From the NCBI GenBank assembly GCA_025786725.1, contig JAHLTZ010000052.1, positions 46,035-110,034 of the forward strand: a stretch of DNA of 64,000 bases, given 5' to 3'. This document shows, in pieces, positions 28,401 through 43,119 of this stretch. Every line of letters starts with the position of its first letter. The stretch's first letter is position 1. Source of the stretch: Syncephalis fuscata S228 (taxonomy: Eukaryota; Fungi; Zoopagomycota). The position numbers were made by a program, and so were the translations under genes. Below the pieces are notes generated by a model, which saw nothing but the letters and a program-made list of their open reading frames with translations, did no database searches and was not told the origin of the DNA.

Positions 28401-28902
28401 TTATCCTTTAAATGATTATATTTATGTTATATTATATATATATATTATTTATAGTCTAATTAATTATAATGTCAATAGTAGCCTACCGATGGACTAGATA
28501 AACACAAGTTATAGAGTGTTTCTACCAATGCTCTGGTAAGTTCTACATCGACTTGTTCACTCTTTAGTGTTTCAATTAAGTGCGGAAGTGCTTTGCCTCC
28601 AACATCCTATTTATTCGACTTATTAGTTAGTATTGTATAGATAGTATGCCATTAATGGTGGATATTGACCAACGACTCAAGGTAGGTTGGTACTTGTAAA
28701 GTATAGTCATTGATGGCAGCTATAGAACTTACAGCTTTGTATTCACGCGATAATCCTTGAGACTTAGTACGGCTGCCCTGCGGTCTTCTAAAAGTGTTGC
28801 GGTAGCTAAACGGTCACACAGCTTGTTAATAGTATCGTCGGCCGTCTGTGGCTGATGATAGTCGCCACGAAGAGCCTCCAATCCTTTAGAAAAGAAATCC
28901 AT
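25473..28902 (-). CDS. USO1: Uso1/p115 ER-Golgi vesicle tethering protein, multi-exon
   Basis: TINKLCDRLATATLLEDRRAAVLSLKG, EVIRNEALLLL, IQKIVVFENAFDRL, GGIVVQDCLQL..NLLRYNVSNQ, coiled coil, EQEDLLVFLADQD and acidic tail. Confidence 0.95.
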
Positions 28903-29382
28903 CGATTATTATTGCCAAATAATACTAAGAATACTGTTGTTAGAAACAACAGGCTACTAGTACAGTTAGATTGATGAATAGACGAGAACAAGAACGAGAA
29001 GTAGATTGAAAGAGAAAGATGAATTGGTGTGTGCGTGTGTGTGTGTTTATGTAAAGTGCCAGTTATTCTGCCACGTCAATTATAAAAGGTCACCTGACTT
29101 TATATTAGTATGACAACAAGTTGAATGAATAGTAATAATATAACAGTCAGATAGAAGTCATTAAATAGTGTACTAATATTTAATTAAATATATAATAGAT
29201 TTAGTATGATATGCGTACATAATCAGTAGTTAAATGTTAAATGGCGGGTCTATTAAAGCGGTAACCGGTTAAAGTGGTGTGGTGTATTTTACGCGATTTT
29301 TAATTTGATTTAAAGGCGCGCTTAACTTTCGTTATTCAATTGTTCTCTTTCTTTCTTTCCTTTTTATTAGCACTCAATTTAT

Positions 29383-32300
29383 ATGTCACAATGCCGGAAA
29401 CTAAGACACCAAAGAAACCAAATACGCGAATACTGAATCTATACTAAAAGATAAAGATTACTCTTTTAAAGCCTTATTGGTGGCCCTGAACTTGACACGA
29501 CAGACCACCGATACTCGTTCTAAACAGCATACACGTACCTACTTTTATGTTCATCCAGGTAACTACTATAGCTTGTACTAGCATAGAATAGCGTACCATT
29601 TGCTAATTACTGCGTATTAGATCCCTTATTGCTTCGACAGCTTGTAGTACAGTACTTTGCAGGGATTACAGAAGACGATGCAGTAGAATTTATAGCTCAA
29701 CTTAATTCATACGTTGAAGCTACTTGTGATGATGATGAAGATATTAGTACAAAGCCTATTGATGCTAGTATTGATTCTGTTAAACTTCATGAACTACTAG
29801 TGCCAATTCGTACAGCTATTACTTCAGAGATGCCAATGGATACCAATGCATCATAGTAAGCTATAATGCTATCTATTAATACAAATAGTTAAATAATTGA
29901 CTATTTATAATATTTATTATAGTACCATGCCATTATCGGAAGATAGTATTATTCGGCTATTACTGCGCATTAATCTATTACAGCCATATCTAATTGATTG
30001 GTTGTTGGAGACACTGTTAATTGACTCCTCTTCTAGTACAGAACAGCAAAGTATGCCCGATACAACTGCAAAGACGACAACGTCTATATTACCGTAAGCA
30101 TTACCAATAATATATAGCTTGTATTAATGCTATTGTAGTATGGATATGGCACATTTATCAGGCATCGTTTTAAGACAACTACGCTGGCTTGAAAATATGG
30201 TAGATTTAGAAAGACTTGCTAATAAAATGGCTGAAGTAAGTTAGTAATGATAGCTAATTGATTAGCTAGTATAACATTGAATATAGACCCTTCAAATGGC
30301 CCCAGTAACAGTTCAGCGTGATATTATTACCTGTATTCCAGAAATATTTGGATCAATTGTACCACAGGTAATTACACCAATAGCATATCAATAGAATTAA
30401 TTGATTATGTTATACTATTAGACACTGGTTGATGAACTTTTACAATTAGTTCATGATCATTCAGATCTTACCGTGGCTGCTGTTGATACACTAGGTGAAT
30501 TGGATCTTTCGGAAGATATACGAGTAAGACTATGGATGCTAACTGTCATTAGACGATATAACTGGTGCTAACACTTTTATCTAATTGGATATGAATAGGT
30601 ACGGCTTTGTGAGGATATATGTGCTTTATTACGATATGCAAATGCCGAGGATATTCCAGCATTACTTCGATTCATTCTTTCTACAACCACACCTGCTAAT
30701 ATCAATCATGTAATATCTAAATAATAGTAATAATGGCATAATAGATACCACTATATACACGATAAGGGCAATATTTATACTAATCACGTTATAATAGGTA
30801 ATTATACAAATACGTAACGGTATTGATTTACGTACTCTGGCTGGACTACGTAAACGTCATCCGTTAAATACTACGACAACAGATACACCAACATCGCATA
30901 AAACAGTATCTGCATTAGTATTACTATTACTAGGTAAGCGTGTATCTATTTTATAATTTATACCAATATTCTATTTAATTAGAAACGATACGCCATTATT
31001 TAAGAAGACATGGATTTATAGCAGATGCATGGTTATATGTAGTACAACAAACAAATGAAGAGGTATTTATTTAAATAGACTGATTACTTAATCAGCTAAT
31101 TGATTGATAGCAAGCAACATTACTTGATATAATTATTTGTTATTTACTTCAATCAAATCGATCTAAAAAGATAGAATTACTATTTAGACGTAAAGTTCTA
31201 TCAAATGCATTCAATCCAACTTTACTTCAGAAAGTATTATAAATTGTGTATCTAGTGATAATGAAGGGTAGTTAATAGAGCTATACATCTACTGAATAAT
31301 AGTGTCTAATGGCCATTTATATAATAGACAATTTACAAGTATATTGTCAATGGCGGATGGACTGTTACATAAATTGCCATCATCACTAAATGATTTGAAT
31401 ATTATATCAAAAGCGGTCATATCAATGTATGAAAGTTTATTTGATGTAGCTGATCAATACCATCGACAGGTAATATTATATTAATGCTATATCAACATTA
31501 TATTAATAGTTATACTAATGACACTTATAGGAAGTTGTCGTTAATCTAGTAATGCATGTGGGTAGTGGCACTATATCCTTTATATTACGCATTATAGTAT
31601 ACTTTTAATTTTGTATTATATCTTTAATAGTTAATTACGCAGCTGAAGTGGAGCAAGCACTGCTTATTATACATCATCTATGTAAAACACGGCCATTATT
31701 AATCCGCCCATTTTCCGTATTTATCAAGAGTACACTAGATCATATTGATCAATTTGATATATCACTTGTACGCTTTATATACACATCACTTTGTGAACTG
31801 GTCGTGGTAAGTAGTTTAACATATTATATAGTTATATTTATAATATATTATATTTAGATTGATGCAATTCAATGATGAAGATGCTCTACTAAGTGAAATG
31901 AATATGCTTATTAGAAAACAGCTAGTATCGCCTGTAGAATCATACAGATATGTGGGAATTCTCGGTGTTATTGTATTAGTAGATTATTTGAATCGATGGG
32001 CACAACTACCAGATACTGCATCTACTAGTCGTCAATCAGGTAATTATAGGCTATATATACATATATAATGGCTATTTGTTATTAATAACTAAATAATGAT
32101 AGAGTCTGAAACAACGACAGCTATAGAACAGCATCCATGGCTTAAACGGGCTATTGTTTTATTGGAACATGCCATTAATGCTAGTCGTACTTTACCCGTA
32201 AGTTTAACATTATATACTATATATTTAATATTGAACTGAATCCATTAGAAAATGCAAACTCATTTATATGATGAATTATCCATACTTGTACTAGACCAGA

Positions 32301-35300
32301 CATTAGATCATCGACTAATTAGCTGGATTTATCGTCGAGTAGCAGAACAATTTCCACTGCAATTTATGTTATCTACACTAGAAGTTGAACAAAGTCAAAT
32401 GAGTGTAGCAAGTCAGAGATCATTATTATCGATGTATTCTCCTATTCTACAGTCTGAAGTGTGGATGAATCATGATGGAGAGGTAATAGAGCTAATGACT
32501 ATTATAATCTATAGCTTATCTAATGCGTGCTATTAGACATCAGATGCGGTTATTAATATTTATTTGCTATCGATTGAATCATATCGACATCAAATGAAGA
32601 AGAGTTCATTCGCACCAGCTTGTGCTTTATTCAATCTACTGCAATGTTGTGTTAAACGTCTCAATAACAATTCATTAGAAGAGATTGATGCTCTGCTAGG
32701 CTGTGGTCTAGGTTTAATGGATAGAAGTGAATTAATGGTAAGAGCCTAGTGACGATTAGTAATGAAAAGTCTAATTACTTTAATTAATAGGTCATTAAAG
32801 ATAAAATGCCACAAGATGATCAAAGTGTTGCGGTATTATGTTTGATTTACGCTTTAAATTGGTATGTAAAGCGTTTATTTAATATTATTAATACTTATGG
32901 GTTAAAGGGTCCGAGAATTATTGAATGCTTATAGTGACCAAGTGACCCTGCCAGAAACTCAACTCAAATGTTTATTACGACTTGAAGACGCTATATTACT
33001 TGAAAAGATTGTAGTTGAACTAATACCTACAACACATATTCCACTACAACTAGTAGAGGCAATGATGATGACTATGAGTTCAATGCGATATACGCAACTC
33101 AAACTATCAGGCACAATAGAGACACTGTTAAAGTCTAAAGATATTCTACGACCATTACGGGTAAGTTGATCGTTAATAGAATACTATTATATTAATTAGA
33201 GGTTAGATGGATGTATTTAAACTGTTAACACATCCATTAATTGTTGATCAATCAATGGAAATGGAAACAACAAATAATGCATCAGGCAAATCAATCATAA
33301 TAGAAAACAGATTAAATGTAAGTGTATAACTGGCCATCAGATTAATTACTAATTAGATTGTTTAAATAAAAGTTAAATGGATTAAATTATTTACTTGATG
33401 ATTTAAAGATTAAGCTATCTAAACAAGACTGCTTTTTATCAATAATCACTACAACAACAGCAAATCTAATTGAATCCAATTCTAAAAATGAAACAAATGA
33501 AAAAAACTATGATACAGTAAGTTATATTTGCTATATAGACCATTAGTATCAATATTGAACATGCTCATATATAGATTTATCGTATTCTTGTTGATCTACA
33601 ACGACATATGCGCACTATTACAGGCCAGCTATCTCAAGTAAGATAATAATGTAAATGTAAATATAAATAGTTAACTATAACATTAAACTAAAGTCTATAA
33701 CATCTTCTATGGATACTGATCAACGTAAGTAATACACTATTAATCTATAATAGTATACTATCTAGCTTACTATATCTTATTATTAGAGAAATCATTAGCA
33801 TCTTGTTTATTTAAACTGTTAAAGATATGGCAACAAATACTACTTTACAAAGAGCATTTATCAGCACAAGCATTAAAGGTAAGTAACCACTTTAATTAAC
33901 TACCCACTCATCTATTTGTATAGAGTTTTCTGTATTTATTAGTTGTCGAATCAATTGATAAAGATATGAAAGTGTGGCTCAATTTAAGACATCAAAGTCT
34001 ATATCAGAATTGGTAGATGATGCATTTCAATGGGTACTTTCACTGCAATCATATGCATTTAATATAACGACAGCATGTGAATTACAACAACTACTTAAAT
34101 TGCTATCTCGACTATCTCAAAATAGTCTAACATATAAAATGCCACTATCAGAAACAGCCAATTCACATCTTAAACAAGCATGGCCAATAGAAGAAGATAC
34201 AATTATGGTAAATAAAAACAAATATACTATAATAGTGTATTAATCACCATTATACTTATAGCATCAGAGTATCGGTCTATTGTTACAAGATCAACTGCAA
34301 TATCATACAGATCCTACAGCCATTTTAATGAATTATGCTACTGCAGCCTATCCATTATTACTAGATAGTACAAAGGCTGTAGATGACAGTCAAATGGAAA
34401 CAGATGAATATCCACTATTAACACATAGTACATTTCCATTATTCTACAAGGTACATGCTATTACTATAGCTATCATAGTTTATTAATACAACTGAATAGA
34501 CAACATTTACCGTGACTATTAAACTACTTACGCAATTTAATCCTATGAGTTATGATACAGATACGCAAGAAGAAGCAATTATCCATCTAAACAAACTACT
34601 GACTCTATGGCGTAAACATGCAGACATTATGCAACACACAACATCACGCCATCTTATTAGAGTAACCCTTCAGTGTAGCAAACAATTTATGGATCAGTTT
34701 ATAAAATGTGGTCTACCCGTTCTAGATGCACAATTCCGTACTTTTCCCGATCAAGTAGTCGCAGCCCTTAAAACAATGCAACAAGCCACTCGACTACTTC
34801 AGGTAACAAACTAAACTATCGGTTATTACTATTAGATATTTAACATGCCGCCTATTAGACAATGTGCAATGAATTAAAGGCGTGTAGAGATACTTCATTG
34901 GCATCTCAAGTACCAGGTATCAAGAAATTACTCGAAACTATTCTATTTAAAGTCAAGGCAATGCATGATCATCATAATGTACTCGGTGCATTCTGGTTAG
35001 GCAATTTAAAGCATCGTAACATGGCTGGTGAAGAGATATCATCTCAAATGCCTGCTGAAGAAAGAAATATGATAAGTGAAGAGGAGGAAGTGGAGGAAGT
35101 GGAGGAAGTGGAGGAAGAAGCGGTAGGTTACTATAACAGCAATGCTTATACTCATACTCATACTTGATACTATAGATACCGAACAAAAGAATGAAAATAT
35201 CTAAACGTTGTCGACGTCCTTCACCAGTAATAGAATCTAATCTATCAAGTACATTGATTAGAGATTCTGATGAAGAAATTAGCCAGTCTAACACCGAAGA

Positions 35301-35319
35301 TGAATCTACATCCAATTAA
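29383..35319 (+). CDS. FANCD2: Fanconi anemia group D2 protein, many exons; start approximate
   Basis: SIIRLLLRINLLQPYLIDWLLE, LRQLRWL, MLIRKQL, EEIDALLGCG, LQTMC..K..L..QVP..KKLLE..FKVKAM...AFWLGNLKHRNMAGEEI. Confidence 0.92.
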
Positions 35320-35527
35320 ACAAATATAATTCGTAATAAATTATGTATTTTCAAATAAATTGAATAATTAAATTAATCACGTGTCATTTCCATATTATGA
35401 GTCAATTAAAGGTGTGACCATTAGTGTGATTAATACGCACTATTTACAAGTTGCCTGTCAATGTGCATCGCTTTTTACTCGAATCCGTTTTACTGTTACT
35501 TTTACGGTCACTGTTACTACTATTACA

Positions 35528-38500
35528 ATGTCAATGAGTCGAACCAATAGTACAGATGGTGCAAGTAGCACGTTAATTGACCATCCACTATGTTCTGAAG
35601 CATTACAAGCCATTGAACAAGAAAATGAAGAAAAAGCATTACAAAAGGAATTTTTGCTTAATGTACAAGATGACATAACTGCTAAACCAAAACAACAACA
35701 AGTTACAGCTAGTGCAATCTATACTGCTTCTACTGAATCAAAAGTAGAAACAACAGTAGCCACTACAGCTACTGTTACAACTGCGACTATCAACCATAGT
35801 TTACCACGTCGTCAACCGACCAATTCAGCCAAATCCTCTTGGTTACCGGTACGTCCATTCTCATTCTTTGCGTCAGAGCAAGATGATGCAGCAACACTGG
35901 CCGGTCAAAATACTATTGGTTACGCTTTATGGTCACGTCTATATGAACAACGTAAAGAAGATGCCGATCTATTGGCATTTCTACAATCAAGAAAGGTAGA
36001 TAGAAATAGAATAGAAATAGAATAGTAGAGAAATACTTGTTTATTTGTTTAAATAGGCTATTTTATTGTTACCTCAAGAAACAATTGAGGATGTGACAAA
36101 GATCGAGAGAACGACACTTATTGACCATATTCTAGTGCGACAAGCAGTGCCATCTGCTCAATTGACTGAATCAACTACCACCGATCAATTTAAATTAACT
36201 TCACTCAGTGGGCTTGAAGTAGCCATTGACAAGTAAGTGGCATCTTTTATGTATGTGTATGTACTCATTAGAGATTAGGAAGCAACATCTATTATGGCAG
36301 ATAACATCGCCAAATACTAATAGTAACAGCGTATCTGAAGATACAATTGAAATAGTCAATGATCATTTAGAGATTACATTACATAAACATTCAATTATTG
36401 GTGTGGTTATTACAACACCGTTAATTTCATTAAAAGGATTAACTATAAAATTACCCACCAGTAGTAATAGTGTGAATATAAATAGACAGCATTTATCAGT
36501 GACGTCATCGGATGCAACGCCGCCACCATCACCAGGATTTACGCATTTAATGGAATGGAAAGATATTATTAAATACTTGGATAGGTGTGTATTTGATTAG
36601 CTAGTTATTGATTAATTAACTAGTTGTTAATATAATCTAGTTTTGTATTGGAATTTGGTAAAACTTGTCGTAATGCGGATCCTATCAAGTCTGCCGATAC
36701 ATGTAGTGAAGAGTATCAACAGTTTATTGAACAAGTAAAGACGATGATTGAATCGGCCGATCATTTAGTCAAGGACTTGAACATGGACCAGGCACTTGAA
36801 TGGATGGAAGGCTATTTAACGATTGAACTATATCCATGGTAGTTAGATTTATTGGTGTAATTTATAGCTGACTAATAGAGGGCCGCATTGATATTAGTAT
36901 ATTTGGACCGAGTAACGATACACTGGATGATGAACGACTAGCATCTCGTTGTATGTCATTACATCTACTGCACGTAGGGCTTAAACAATTGGGACTGGCC
37001 GTGTCAGAAGCGGGTCAACAAATACTTGATCATATGGTTAATGAGGCGCGTATAGGTAAATCTATGTTAATAGTACGACCATTTAGATTAATAGGATGTC
37101 ATTTAATTTATTTAGTGTTGGAGCAAATGGATGTGAAGCAGTCGCCTATTGATAAATTAGAAGCAATTATTCAATTACACGAACTTATTGTTGGTAGGCT
37201 ATACTAAAAATTAGTATGGTTATTGTCATTGATTCATGGTGGTTGTAGGTCAATTAAATGGTGGAAAGCTTAAATTAACGATGTTGGCACCCACCTCAGC
37301 TGAATTTGATACAAAGGAATTGGCAGAGATGCCTGTATCATCATCGTCATCGTTATTAAAGAAGAAGAAGAAGAAGAAGAGTTCAGCTGGTTCACCTAAT
37401 GCCGATCAATTGTTTCCACTATTAATTTATATTATTATTAAAACAATGCCATCTCGACTTATATCTAACGTGAGGTAAGATTAATGGTCATTGTCGTGGT
37501 TGTAATGAATAGAATAGAGATTAATAGGAATGGATGTGAATTGTAGGTATATACAGCGATATCGACACCGTAATGCACTTAAGTCAAAGTACGCCTACTG
37601 TTTAACCAATATGGTAAATATCAAGTGGATTTAGTAGGTTTATACTAACTAGTGGTATGAGGGTAGTTTGCGGCTATTTCATTTTTAGAAGCAATTGATA
37701 TGAAGACATTAGGACTAGCACCCGTTACAGAATCATCGTAAGTATTAAATAGTTTATTAATAGTATGGTTTATTGATTGAGTATTAGATTGACGGTGGAC
37801 GTAGCAGCATCGAGTGAATTGAGTGCTGTTGAGAAGGATAAAGCTGTATCGGTATTTACATTACCTGCACTATCGATACCTGAAGCGTCACAGCCAGTAC
37901 TCATGGCGGCATTCCGTGGTGGTAGAGATGCCACAGTAGCAGTGGCCGATGGTGTTAATAAAGCCATTACCGGTGCCGTTGACATGTAAGTAACGAGATA
38001 AACATTAAACCTATTTATTTATAGTATGGTAGTGGATTTAGTGTATTTGGTCGTTTGTTGAATGCGCGTAGTGGTAGTACAACAACAGCAACAACATCTG
38101 TAACGGGTAAACCGCCCTCAATTAATGGTACAATATCAGATACAGCGAGTATTCAATCGGAAACGAGTCAAGCTAGAATAAGGTATAGTCAAATCAATAG
38201 ATTATAATTATAGTGTGTACGTGTCTATTTATACAACCATAATAATACTAGTAATAATGACCATGGTGGTGGTACGGAGGGTGCTAAAGAGGCGGCGAGT
38301 GAACTATCGCGTCAAATTGTACCGAAAGCATCAGCCAGTACTCTTGCTTCTCAGTATACTGTGGATCACGAGTCTACTGCAGCTACTGCTACTGCTACTG
38401 CTACAGTTAGTAATGATGGTGGTGCGAAGCGGACCGAGCCGGTAGAACTTGATTTATGCCAAGTACTACCACCTATTCACCGATTTGTCGACTGTACCAT

Positions 38501-38687
38501 TGAAGAGTTAAAAGTGAACGATGTAGCAGGTAAGTTTATCATGTTTTGATAATATAGTATGGGGAACAGTGTGTTGTTAATAGATAATGATTTATTTATT
38601 TGGTTAGAATTGTTGGAAGATTATAAAAGATTGGCCACTATAGTCAATCGTTATCGATTAGAATTGGCCAAGCAAGCTGAATATTAA
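35528..38687 (+). CDS. VPS9-domain Rab5-family GEF (Vps9/Muk1-like), multi-exon
   Basis: QSPIDKL, SPNADQLFPLLIYIIIK, LISNVRYIQRYR, YAYCLTNM, AAISFLE, and C-terminal LKVNDV.ELLEDYKRL. Confidence 0.85.
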
Positions 38688-40309
38688 TCATGATTAATCA
38701 TAATTAGTAGTAGTAGTAGTAGTATAATTATTTAGTTTGGTTGTTAATAATAATAATAATATGGGTTTTTTATTATATCAACTATGTTATTTCTACTACT
38801 TTTATTATGTACATATCTTTATAGTATTATATTGAATTCTGCTTTTTTATTTCTAATTAAATAGCAATAGTGGTTTTTAGTTGCTATTTTATTATGCATT
38901 ACCATGTCAATAAATGAGTCTATGATTTGTAGCTTGTTTTATTCTTGTTGATCATTTGGTTATTTGCTTTTTATTTTGTTGTTAAAAGGTAATATATATA
39001 GTAGATTATCGCTTGTATTTATTTTACTCTTTGTTACATCTATTGAATGGTTCATCAATAATATATAGCCATATTTATTTTATTTTGTTAGTGTTTATTA
39101 AAGGGAATTTGTATAACTACATTACCATTGGCTAGATAGCATATTATTTATAAAGATATAGTTAACTTTACTAGTTATTACCACCGCGTCCTTATTCAAA
39201 ACTTTTGTTTTGATTTTTATAAATATATTGATTAACTAAGGTACATAACATATTGCTCGGTTGTAGACTTATGTCAAAGGTATACTTTTTAAATAGCACA
39301 ACTACACGCTTGGCCGTTTAGTATTAATAGTGATTGATTACTGAACAAGCCTTGTATAAATATAATATGTTTACTAATTAGTTTTAATTGTGATTGGCAA
39401 GTGTTATTATATACAAAGCGTAATTAGGATGTGTACTTATTTCACCTCTGATCTTTGCTCAAAACTCTATTAAATTGTTTAAGAATACACTATACACAAT
39501 AGCGGAACTGTTATGAGCATATGACCAAATAAACATCATTTATAGCGTTAAGATATATAGCTAGTTAAATATTGGTATTTCACACTGGTTACTGATAATT
39601 TGACTAGGCAAGTATTTACAAATACCGCTGACTAGTTGTATTAACCGATTGGTCGTAATCAATATGCTGCTATATAAATTATTGGCATGATATAGCCACT
39701 GATATTAATAGTTAGCAAGTGCTATTTATACAACTTAATGCCACTATAAAGTAATGATGTGTATTGCAGTGTAACAACTAAGAGTTAGAAAAATGCCATT
39801 TGTATTGACAACGGCAATGGTATAATTTGTTTACTAAAATATTTTAACCAAAGCTATTGTTTATACATTATTAGTTACCAACATACACATAAATATTACT
39901 ACTGATTGTTGAAAATAGTATGCCAGTTATTACTAAATAGTTAGCAACCGAAATGATGCAGCTATTAGTGGTATTGGCCAATCTGCAACATAACTACAGA
40001 TAACATGAGCACTTGGTGTATACTTACCGCTAGCTATCAATCAGCCTACTACCGTCATAAATTAGCATAAATGTCTACTTGTTTAGTAAGTAGCAGCATG
40101 ACATGCATTGCTATCAATCGATGACTGTTCACGGGATTTGATGTTGTACAACAGCAATAATATGATGTGCGCCCTAATGGTTAGTAATATACTAATAGCT
40201 GTTATTAGTATACATTTGGATAGCGACTGTATAGTGATCAGAAGTAATGTCGCATAATATGGCCTACCAATAATGCTGTTTATTCTTACTGCATATTACC
40301 ATTGATGCT

Positions 40310-40825
40310 AATAATTGATACACTTTTTTATTAGTATTTGTGTAGGCTTGTACTGTCAAAACAGCAAAGGAGAAATTATTGCCGCTTTTTTATTAATCAA
40401 GCAACTTTCACCAATTTTTAATTCCATCATTAATATATCTAGAAGTACATGATGCCATTTATTATGACCGCATAGTTTTGATGTATTGACACATATAAGT
40501 CATTTATTATTGAAAAATCATGAAAAGTGCTAAAAATTAAAAGTACTAACAGTTAAAAAGTACTTAAAATGATATTTTAATAATAATATTGCTGTTTTTA
40601 TTTGTGGCAACTTCCAATAATTCTTTAATGTCATCTATATGCGTCGATGTGTCAATACTAAGCGGCTATAATGAATGGCATTACGTATTTATAGATACAT
40701 TACTGATGATAATAAATATTGATGAAAATTCTTTGATTAATAAAAAAGCAGCAACAACTCCTTTTTTGCCACTTTGATAATAAAAGCATATGCAAATACT
40801 AATAAAAAATATATAATGAATTAAT
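40310..40825. mobile_element. Degenerate MITE/foldback-like element with ~195-bp inverted arms
   Basis: 40310-40505 (tttttattagtatttg...gccgcttttttattaatcaa...atgccatttattatgaccgc) is a diverged reverse complement of 40625-40825; no ORF; TSD not identified. Confidence 0.6.
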
Positions 40826-41914
40826 AGTCAATTATAGCCTTTGTTTATATCGCCTAATTAGTCTTGCCAATATTGTAGCTGGTCTGTTAACATTCATTAG
40901 TAGCATACAACCATGCATTGCAATATTGATATTATTCGATACATAATGGTTGCTGACATGTATTTGATCAAAATGAATAGCAAAAATAATGCTAGCTATT
41001 GCATGTCCACTAGCATATACTTCAACAACTGTAGATTGCTTAACTACATTTTTTGCTAACACAGTATCTAACATGTGCAACCTATTAGTGCGTATTAGTA
41101 TTAGTCATCATTAATGTCGACTAGCTGCTACAACTTTACAAGCATACTAAACAGCAGTTACTATACTTTTATTTGTTACTGCCCAGTACCAGTGGTGCTA
41201 TTTTGTATTAAGCACAGATAGCGCAAATCTGTAGTATGTCCAACAAAGCTAACTATATCTACAGTTGCCAATGTTGTTAGTAACAGCTAGTTGTCAATAA
41301 ACAGCAGTTCAAACATCAAGCAATTACAGTAGTGTATATGTTTATTTGAGTGTATAGCAATAGCTGTAATAATAAGCTAGTATGCAGCATTTTGTTATTG
41401 CTACATTAATGATATTGGTATTATATTAATTAAAACCAATCAGCATACTAGACAGCAAGCCATAATTTAGATGGCATGTTGTTAGCCGTATGGTATATAC
41501 AATAGCTGATGTATATACCGTTTTATCGGTATATCACATCATAAGCATTGTCATATCTCATTGATTTCCATCGTGGTATCATGTTTATTTTGACTATAAG
41601 CACTAGCAAATACGGTCAATTTCTTATAACTATTTCAACATTAGCATTCGTATAAACAAGTTGTTTACGTTATTGCAAAATCAATAAAACTAGAATGCTG
41701 GTAGCTGTAGAATATCATTTATTTACCTGAGTTGTATTGTATTACTAAACATTATAATTTTTTATATTTGATATAGCACACCAGCGTTATGTATGTAGTT
41801 GATAATAACACTAGTTTATTTGGAATGTGATTTGCATTAAATTTATTAAATTATTACTAAGCAACTTATCAGAAATCTAATGCAATGGAGCTTGAATAAT
41901 TACATTTAATAGCA

Positions 41915-42440
41915 TTCGTGTAGTTGACCTACATATTCGGTATATTGAACATGAAACTGGATGGTGAGTGACATCAGCCATTAAACGTTCATTATCATAG
42001 ATTTACTATCCAGCACGCATATATCCTTTTTCTAATTATATCATTTCTACTGTGTACTTTATTACTATATGCAATTTTATAGTATGCTAAACGCATTCTA
42101 TTTATTATAGTTTGCAATGCGTTTTAATCATTCCACTCATTGCGTGACATGCACTATAGCTTCAAACTGCCGATTTTGTAAGTATCGCTGTATACTAAAT
42201 ATACCGCATATTGTTTTAGCATATGACAATGCATATCATCTATAAATTGTTGTCAGTTTGGCCCTGGATTTATTGATAGTATATCGCAACTCACATGTGT
42301 ATAGAATGTTAATAGTATGTGTAGCTAGAGGATATGTGCATACTTGATAATAGATCTATGATGATGAGCATTTTGGTGATTATGTCACTTACCACTTAGT
42401 TCCATGTCAATAAAACGAATGTGTAGTTTAATTACACAGA
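41915..42440. repeat. Inverted pair of a dispersed repeat family
   Basis: 41915-42030 (gtagttgacctaca..ttgaacatg..atcatagatttactatccagcacgcatatatcc) versus the reverse-oriented copy at 42325-42440; the same family occurs near 9585, 11843, 45880, 54150 and 54840. Confidence 0.65.
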
Positions 42441-43119
42441 TATGATCAAATATAGCCTCTTGATCTTCAAAACATATTAAATGTCTGGTGAGTTATTTAT
42501 AAAAACAATTGTGTATTATTACACGCAGTTAGACAAAATAAAGTATATAAACTTGTCATTATCATATTGCATATTATGTCAGTTGTATAGTTGAGCTGTT
42601 ATGATTATTATGCAACAGTCCTTGTACTAGTCAAATATATTTGTACAAATGAATGCTGTGGTATCTAATTGTTGTAAATGCAATAAAAATCATTAATTAG
42701 ATTAATGTAATATTTAATACTCATCCAAATATTACTTGTCATAGCCAGATTATTGCCTTGAATCAGCTGCTAGTTCAAAATTGTGTTGCTGTATTTTGTT
42801 GCCCAAATAATGATTGCTTAATGGTTAGTATTCGTATTAGAGTACACTGATGAGTAACGCTTATAAACTAATTTATTATACAAAAATATAAAACTAACAT
42901 AAAACCACTTGTGATACTGCGAATATGGGCTAGCCCATTAAACAGGTAGCTGCTGTTCCCAGTCCCTATCAGTTCCAATATAGAACGACGGGCCCGGTGT
43001 ACAGCAGTTAGTTGCTTATTGGTCCCGCCCAATGTACTATTGCCTAGAATAAAGTTAGCACTGTTTTAGTTAATTTTGCATTAACTTACCATGTTATACA
43101 GACTTGCATTTACTTGCGC

